DNA of 32,000 nt, taken from NCBI GenBank assembly GCA_047651235.1, contig CP178758.1, forward strand, positions 3,706,688 to 3,738,687, given 5' to 3'. A program made the translations under genes and the position numbers. Positions within the stretch are counted from its first letter, which is position 1. Each line of letters opens with the position of its first letter. The DNA is from Candidatus Electrothrix yaqonensis (GTDB lineage: Bacteria; Desulfobacterota; Desulfobulbia; Desulfobulbales; Desulfobulbaceae). Below the pieces are notes generated by a model. The model was given only the letters and a program-made list of their open reading frames with translations, searched no databases and was not told where the DNA came from. Positions 25,895 to 32,000 of this stretch are shown in pieces.

Positions 25895-26647
25895 CAGGGC
25901 TGTTCAATTCTATAAGAGCTTGTGTTTTCAAGAGGTATGCAGTAATTGATACAGAAAAACTTTACACGAGGATTCTGCATGCTGTTTTTTTGCTGAACAC
26001 AATCAAAGATCATCGACGCGGGCAGGGCCGGCGATATGAGCTTACGCATATTCTTCTGTTTTCGATCATGGCGATCCTGAGCGGTTCGGATTCTTATCGC
26101 AAAAATCTGTTCGTTGATGCGCATCGTGAAAGGCTCAATGAATATTTCGGCCTGGACTGGAAAAAAGCTCCTGCATATACAACGATCCGCACTGTCATTC
26201 TGAATACTTCCGGTTCGGAACTTGAGCGGATTTTCAGGGAGCACGGCAAAGCTCTCGCGGAAGAGGAACCGGACGGAGAATTTATTCATTGCGACGGCAA
26301 AACTCTCCGGGGAAGTTTCGATAACATGAAGGATATTAATCAGCTTCAGATATTGAGTGCTTTTGCTGGCGACCGCGCCGTCGTTCTCGGCCATGAAGAA
26401 ATCAGGGAGAAAAGCAATGAAATCCCGGCGGCGCGGAAACTGATGAAAGAACTCGGTTTATCCGACCGCATTTGACCGCTCCCGAATTCGTTGCAATCCG
26501 CACATATTTGCGAAACTGAGAAGCTTTGCTCTCAATATTCTTCGTAAGAACAAGGTGAAAAATGTCAGCCGGGAGCTTTTCAGGAACTGTATGGATATAA
26601 ATCGTCTGTTTGATTACGCCGGGATTTTCTAGAATTGAACAGCCCTG
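25895..26647 (+). mobile_element. ISAs1-family IS remnant (internally deleted transposase)
   Basis: Perfect 18-bp terminal IR: cagggctgttcaattcta (25895-25912) against the reverse complement of 26630-26647. The ORF IKDHRRGQGRRYELTHILLFSIMAILSGSDSYR...IHCDGKTLRGS... matches the ISAs1 (H-repeat) N-terminal half. The C-terminal tail ...NILRKNKVKNVSRELFRN... is in another frame. Confidence 0.7.
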
Positions 26648-26657
26648 CATCAACAAT

Positions 26658-26690
26658 AAAGGGAGCAGGATGATTCCAGCTCCCTCTTTG
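26658..26690 (-). terminator. Possible intrinsic terminator of the coiled-coil/PPC gene
   Basis: The minus strand reads gggagc-(12-nt loop)-gctccc followed by tttattgtt, about 30 nt after the stop at 26722. Confidence 0.35.
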
Positions 26691-26721
26691 TGGTGAACGG
26701 CGAATATAAAGTTACCAGTAG

Positions 26722-27810
26722 TTACTGGACTGACAGTTGAAAAGTGCCGTATTGGGCAGACGAATAGCTTGTCGTCTCAACAGTATAGGTTCCAGGATCC
26801 AATGTGCGGATAATTTTGGCGTTCCAGTCACATCCTCCGTCATCATCGGAAAAGACAACTTCGCCGTCTCGTCCGCCAAGATGCAGAAAAAGGTAGGGAT
26901 CGGATAGCGTACCGGAGCCGGAGCAGGGGCTGCCATCCATTTCAATGGTGATTGTGGCAGGACTGGCTATGGTGAACGTATAGTAGCGAGCACCGTGTGG
27001 CTGTCCTTCCCTGTCAGACCTACTGTCAGACGTGCATTCACCGTCATCAACCAGTTCACCTGTTACTGTGTTACCAACAGCAATCATCTCAAGGCACGCA
27101 TCCTCTATCCCATGATAAGAATCAACCCTTGCTTTGAGCGCAGCCAAAGCAGCGGCAAGACTGGTTAATTGCTTCGATTGATCATCCACCTGATCGCTGA
27201 GATTATCCTGCTGATTGCTGAGCGCAAGAACGGAAGAGTTGATCGAGCCAAGCTGTACATTCAGAAGGATGATATCAGCCAACAGTGCATCAATACCGAC
27301 GGCATTGTCATTAATAAGAGTACGCAGTTCCGACACGCGGTCATTTAATTCGGTCGCCAGTGCACTGCCCTGTGCCACCAGATCATCTATCTGGGACTGT
27401 ATATCGCCAAGTCGCATCTCAAGAGCCGCAATATCTTCCTGATGCTGTGCAGTCAATGCACCAAGGTCACGGCGCAGAGTTTCGATATCACCCTCAGCCG
27501 CTGCTATTCGTATAAAAGCATTACTTATGTCCGCCGAGTTGAGTGCAACCTGGGCGGCAACATCGGCCAGATCTGCCTCGACAGCGTCAATACGTGCGTT
27601 AATCGCATCGGTTTCAAATTTCAGCTCGCTGATAGCTCCTTGGTTCGCTTCAATCAGGCTCCGATTTTCAGCAATTACCCCTCGGAGTTCATCAAAAGGA
27701 TTTCCAGGGTGAGCATTGGCGTTGGCATTGCTGTTGGCAGCCAGACAAGGTTGTGAACTGAGCAGTAATGCGGCGGCAAAGGTGGTTAAGATAGCTTTTT
27801 GGGTTTTCAT
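26722..27810 (-). CDS. Secreted protein: about 210-aa Ala/Leu/Asp-rich coiled coil plus a C-terminal PPC (bacterial pre-peptidase C-terminal)-like beta-sandwich
   Basis: GGAGGT lies 7 nt upstream of ATG 27810. Signal peptide: MKTQKAILTTFAAALLLSSQPCLAANS. It contains a long heptad-like region (IDAVEADLADVAAQVALNSADISNAF...). The C-terminal ARYYTFTIASPATITIEMDG...DPYLFLHLGGRDGEVVFSDDDGG...LDPGTYTVETTSY...GTFQLSV has the PPC-type pattern. Confidence 0.65.
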   Translation of the reverse strand: MKTQKAILTTFAAALLLSSQPCLAANSNANANAHPGNPFDELRGVIAENRSLIEANQGAISELKFETDAINARIDAVEADLADVAAQVALNSADISNAFIRIAAAEGDIETLRRDLGALTAQHQEDIAALEMRLGDIQSQIDDLVAQGSALATELNDRVSELRTLINDNAVGIDALLADIILLNVQLGSINSSVLALSNQQDNLSDQVDDQSKQLTSLAAALAALKARVDSYHGIEDACLEMIAVGNTVTGELVDDGECTSDSRSDREGQPHGARYYTFTIASPATITIEMDGSPCSGSGTLSDPYLFLHLGGRDGEVVFSDDDGGCDWNAKIIRTLDPGTYTVETTSYSSAQYGTFQLSVQ

Positions 27811-28560
27811 GCGAAATACCTCCAGATGTTTCACTTTATATTATAACGCCAAAGAATCGTTGTTGAATAACTATGTCTTATAGTATTCTATTCTGTTTGC
27901 AGGAAACAGAGCTGACAGTGACGCTGAATCGGGAGGTTCTTCCTGAACAAAGAGAATAAATGACTAAGGTCAGGAAACCAGCCAGTACGGCTGGCAGAAA
28001 TAATGCGGGTGAATACCCTTTCTACGGAGAGCATAACATACCTCCCGGTACAAATTGAAAAAAGCAGGCAGCCCGGCTGTCTCCCTCCTGGAGACCCGTA
28101 ACTTTCCGACACCGCTTCGCAGCGGTTGTGGCTTTGTCAGCTTTCCGTTTTTGACCGGAAAGCACGGCACCTGCTTACTGAATAAGCACTGCCATAGTTA
28201 TGATTATTATTGTTTGTGGTCGGGTTAAAATTTTAATACTTTTTTTCTTGTGTTACTCTCCAATTAAGATACAATTCTTTTGATTCCGGGTCAAGGAAAA
28301 AAGGGGAAATTCGAACTGTTTTTCAGGCAGCAGGGCCTTTGAAAGGCCAAACAAACTTATCTTCCGGTACCACTCATTATAAGCTCGAATTAGAGTGGTA
28401 AAATCAATAATTTGCGTTTATTCTTTTGAGAGCGGTCAGTACTCGGACAGTGCCTGCTCAACAGGTTTCCCCCACCACCAATGTACCCGCAGTATCTGGT
28501 AACGGCAGGCTACCCATTGACTATCATGATATGCGGTTTTAAGAAAAAAAAGGAAAAACA

Positions 28561-30795
28561 ATGGAAAAAAAAGAAGATAAACAACAGAAAGACTCAAAAC
28601 TGAAAGAACAGGCCAAAAAACAGCAGGAGGCCATTGCTGCCGACAAAAAAAATGAGCAGCTGGAGTATGATCTCACCTCGCCGGAATGGTACCTGAACCG
28701 CGAATTGACCTGGCTGGAATTCAATCGCCGGGTTCTGCATGAAGGCCAGGATGAACGGACCCCGCTTCTGGAGCGGATCATGTTTCTGGCCATTGTCGGC
28801 AGTAATCTTGACGAATTCTACATGAAACGTATCGGCGGCCTGAAGCAGCAGGTTGGGGCCGGAGTGCGCAAACTCACGGTAGACGGCCGGACCCCGGGTG
28901 AGCAGATCGATGAATGCTATGAGGTGGTGCGCGGTATTCTGGTGCAGAAAGAAAAACTGGAGCAGGAACTGTTCACCAAGCTGGTCGGAGAGGGGATCAG
29001 GATTGCTGAATATCAGGATCTTGCTGCTGATCAGCAGGAAGAGGTGGACACATACTTTCTGGAAAATATTTATCCGCTCCTCACCCCGCAGGGCATGGAT
29101 CCGGCCCACCCTTTTCCTTTTATCTCCAACCTGTCCATCAACCTGCTGGTGGTGACCAGATACCAGCATGACAATCATCCGTTTCTCAACCGGATCAAGG
29201 TACCTACCGGCGTGGGGATTCCCCGTTTTATCCGGGTGGGACGCGAGCATCTTTATATCCGTTTTGAGGATCTGATCGCCAATAACCTGAGCATTGTTTT
29301 TCCCGGCCTGCTGATCGAATCCTGTGAATTGTTCCGGGTCACCCGCAATGCAATCACTGAACAGGACGGGGCCAAGGCCAATGATCTGCTGGCGGTGATT
29401 GAAACGGCACTGCGGGACCGGAAATTTGCCGAGATTGTCCGGCTGGAGGTCGGTTCCGAAATGACGGCATCCCATCGGGGCATGCTGGCTGCAGAACTGG
29501 GCATTGATGAGGAAAAGGATGTTTTTACCGTGGAAGGAATCATCGGTAAACGCGATCTCTTTGAAATTGCCTCGCTTGACCGGCCGGAGCTCCATTATCC
29601 GGTGCACCAGCCTCTGGATCATTTCCGGCTTTCCGGGGACTCGCCGAATATTTTTCATACCATCCGGGAGCAGGGCGCCATGCTGCTCCAGCATCCCTAT
29701 GAATCCTTTGATACCTCGGTGCAGCGTTTTCTCCGGGAGGCCAGTCGAGATCCCAAGGTACTGGCCATCAAAATGACCCTGTACCGGACCTCGGCAGGTT
29801 CCCGCATTATTCCCTATCTGCTCGATGCGGCCCAGAATGGCAAACAGGTTGCCGTGGTGGTGGAGCTTATGGCCCGTTTTGATGAGTCCGCCAATATCCG
29901 CTGGGCCGAGAATCTGGAAGAGGCCGGGGTGCATGTTACCTACGGCGTGGTCGGCCTGAAAACGCATTCCAAGGTGATTTTTGTGGTGCGCCGGGATTTT
30001 GACGGGCTGCGCCGCTATGCCCATATCGGTACCGGTAACTATCACGCAGGCACGGCCAGAATGTACTCCGACTTGGGCATGATCACCTGTGACCGGATCA
30101 TTGCCCAGGACCTTACCGAGCTGTTCAATTACCTGACCACGGGCTATGCGCCGGAGCGTAATTACCGCAAGCTGCTGCCCTCGCCGAGAATTCTGAAAAA
30201 GGCCCTGCTGGAAAAGATTGACCGCGAGATCGGGAACCACAGTGCAAAGACACCCGGCAGAATTCAGTTCAAGACCAATGCTCTGGAAGATAAGGATATT
30301 ACGGCTGCCCTGTACAAGGCGTCCATGGCCGGAGTGCAGGTGGACCTACTGATTCGGGACACCTGCCGGCTGCGTCCGGGCATTCCGGGGCTGTCGGAGA
30401 ATATCCGGGTGATCTCCATTGTGGGCAGATTTCTGGAACACAGCCGTATCTATTATTTTCAGAACAACGGGGATGAGGAGTATTTTATCGGGTCTGCGGA
30501 CATTATGAAGCGTAATCTGGAGGATAGGGTCGAGGTCATCACTCCGGTGGAGCCGCAGGAGCTGCGCAATGAGCTGCGGGAGTTCCTTGATGTCCAGCTT
30601 GCAGATCAGCGGAGTGCCTGGGAAATGCAGGCGGACGGCCGGTATATTCAACGCAGAAGCAAAGAGGAGACGGAAATAAGCAGCCATGAAACCCTGATCC
30701 AGAAGGCGGAAAAACGCTTTTTTGATGCCCAGCTTCTGGTCAAAATGGAGAGAAAACGGATTATGAAGCGCAAAAAGGGGAGAAAGAAAAAGTAA
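28561..30795 (+). CDS. ppk1: Polyphosphate kinase 1
   Basis: WYLNRELTWLEFNRRVLHEGQDERTPLLERIMFLAIVGSNLDEFYMKRIGGLK is the canonical PPK1 N-domain. The two PLD-like C-domains are present (KTHSKVIFVVRRD; RFLEHSRIYYF). 744 aa. Confidence 0.92.
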   Translation: MEKKEDKQQKDSKLKEQAKKQQEAIAADKKNEQLEYDLTSPEWYLNRELTWLEFNRRVLHEGQDERTPLLERIMFLAIVGSNLDEFYMKRIGGLKQQVGAGVRKLTVDGRTPGEQIDECYEVVRGILVQKEKLEQELFTKLVGEGIRIAEYQDLAADQQEEVDTYFLENIYPLLTPQGMDPAHPFPFISNLSINLLVVTRYQHDNHPFLNRIKVPTGVGIPRFIRVGREHLYIRFEDLIANNLSIVFPGLLIESCELFRVTRNAITEQDGAKANDLLAVIETALRDRKFAEIVRLEVGSEMTASHRGMLAAELGIDEEKDVFTVEGIIGKRDLFEIASLDRPELHYPVHQPLDHFRLSGDSPNIFHTIREQGAMLLQHPYESFDTSVQRFLREASRDPKVLAIKMTLYRTSAGSRIIPYLLDAAQNGKQVAVVVELMARFDESANIRWAENLEEAGVHVTYGVVGLKTHSKVIFVVRRDFDGLRRYAHIGTGNYHAGTARMYSDLGMITCDRIIAQDLTELFNYLTTGYAPERNYRKLLPSPRILKKALLEKIDREIGNHSAKTPGRIQFKTNALEDKDITAALYKASMAGVQVDLLIRDTCRLRPGIPGLSENIRVISIVGRFLEHSRIYYFQNNGDEEYFIGSADIMKRNLEDRVEVITPVEPQELRNELREFLDVQLADQRSAWEMQADGRYIQRRSKEETEISSHETLIQKAEKRFFDAQLLVKMERKRIMKRKKGRKKK

Positions 30796-30895
30796 TCCGG
30801 TCAGATGTGCTGATCCACGGGGTGGAAAAGTCCGCCAGATCGGAACATAACCTGCAATGGTTTTTAATTTGTCTTTGATCAGGCTGATCTGCGCC

Positions 30896-31424
30896 TAGGA
30901 ATGAAAATTTAATAACAACGGAACTTGCTGACAGGTCATTGACAATTTCATAGTTGCGTTTATTCTCATCCGGTTATGAAGATAAAAACATATTCTCCTG
31001 AGATAGAAACGCGAATGCGTAATTTTTACGGCAGCCTGTCTGAAAAAGAAGAACGAATTCGCAAACCGGGCGGGGGACGTAAATCCGTCCTCTCGACCGC
31101 CGTCGGCCTTGATGACGCATTTTTCGCAGTGCTGAAAAAACACACGGCGGGTTCGCCTATGGACTGTACGATATATACAGTAATATCGGTCATATCACAT
31201 TAGGGGCAAGCGGTGACACCTCCGAGTTCGGGTGCGCCTGTATTCGGAACTGGTGGACGACACATGGAAAATCTGAATTCCTCTTCGAGACAGGCCGCAA
31301 AACGGCTGACGGTTTTAAAGAAAATATGAAAATTCAATTCGACGAGTTTCTGCCGAAGTGGAATTATGCCGCTGTTCCGTCAGGACGGCTTTGAATCCCG
31401 TAGTTATTTAATTCCCGTTCCTAA
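30896..31424 (+). mobile_element. ISAzo13-like IS remnant (heavily deleted transposase)
   Basis: ORF fragment ...SLSEKEERIRKPGGGRKSVL...LKKHTAGSPMD (the RKPGGGRK and TAGDPM motifs of ISAzo13-type transposases). A frame-shifted C-terminal fragment reads ...DEFLPKWNYAAVPS (WNY..P tail). The degenerate left IR taggaatgaaaatttaataaca (30897-) resembles the right-end ttaggaacgggaattaaataact. Confidence 0.55.
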
Positions 31425-31451
31425 ACACTTAGGAACGGGAATTAAATAACT
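31402..31451. repeat. Perfect 23-bp-arm palindrome with a 4-nt loop
   Basis: agttatttaattcccgttcctaa (31402-31424), acac, ttaggaacgggaattaaataact (31429-31451). The arms are exact reverse complements. Confidence 0.95.
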
Positions 31452-32000
31452 GCCGCATTTCGTGGAAGCGATGCCCGTCATTATGTGCATCTCGATCAGG
31501 CAAACGTACCAGTTATTAAATCCTCATTCCTTAGTGTAGTTTTTCTCTGTAGATTTTCCTCCGCTGTCACACCAGGCCGCTTCCCGTCTTTTGCGCCCTA
31601 TAATTTTTTTCAGCCTTCCTTGTTCCTTCTAAACCTCCTGACAACGAAATTTCCTGCCCCCGAAAAAATGCGTAAGCGAAAAATGGCGTTTTTTAGAAAA
31701 ATATTCAGATTTGATGAGGAAAGAAGAAGTTTCCACTGTGCAGAACCTGTTAAAAATATATATGAAGATCCGATCTAACTGCTTGAAACAAAACAGTTGA
31801 TATAAAAACCAACAGGTCGCTCCTCTAACTTCCTTAACCTAAAAACCTTGTCCCTTCAGGGGCTGAGGCTTTACTCTTCTCTATTGAAGGTTATCGGCAA
31901 ATCAGGCTCAATCCTTTTTGACCGCTTCCTATCCGTTCAGGTAAAAATAGAAAATAAAATATATCTTTTCACCCTTTCTTTTCCAAAACTGAAAATACGT

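Noticed and set aside
28594-30240. 548-aa minus-strand ORF
   Set aside because: It is antisense to ppk1, and no motifs are visible.
31485-31778. 97-aa ORF downstream of the palindrome
   Set aside because: It has no SD, low-complexity Phe/Pro/Ser-rich sequence and no motif. It is probably non-coding or IS-derived debris.

Overview
The window is a cell-envelope and accessory region of a Gram-negative-type genome. The lineage cannot be proven from sequence alone. Genes are supported by motifs I could read directly.

**1-9344 (+ strand).** This stretch begins with the 3' part of a giant surface protein. It has perfect 441-bp tandem repeats (DUF11-type plus Asp-rich Ca-binding-like repeats) and a C-terminal C25 (gingipain-like) peptidase domain. 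That gene is translationally coupled to a compact RiPP-like operon. The operon encodes a PqqD-family RRE, a radical SAM/SPASM enzyme, a 62-aa candidate precursor (YxxPxL leader motif, two Cys, C-terminal Ser), an HPr-kinase-like P-loop kinase, a small secreted beta-sandwich protein, a SipW-type S26 signal peptidase, and a secreted CarboxypepD_reg-repeat protein. This operon is the most interesting system in the window.

**9350-20200.** This is a glycan (EPS/O-antigen-type) locus:
- Wzx flippase
- GT26 and GT4 glycosyltransferases
- two tandem sulfotransferases
- a methyltransferase
- a Wzy-like polymerase
- a GH26 hydrolase carrying a 13-C homopolymer

Most of the locus is visibly AT-rich, and decayed IS/MITE elements sharing TTACGCA-type ends cut through it.

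**20200-32000.** Contents, in order:
- an STN-domain protein with five perfect 93-bp (31-aa) tandem repeats, plus a small secreted partner
- a TviB/WbpO-like nucleotide-sugar dehydrogenase
- queE and queD
- a DUF2279-like lipoprotein
- an ISAs1 remnant
- a coiled-coil/PPC-domain secreted protein
- ppk1 with unusual charged tails
- an ISAzo13-like remnant ending in a perfect 23-bp palindrome

No rRNA, tRNA or CRISPR array was recognised.
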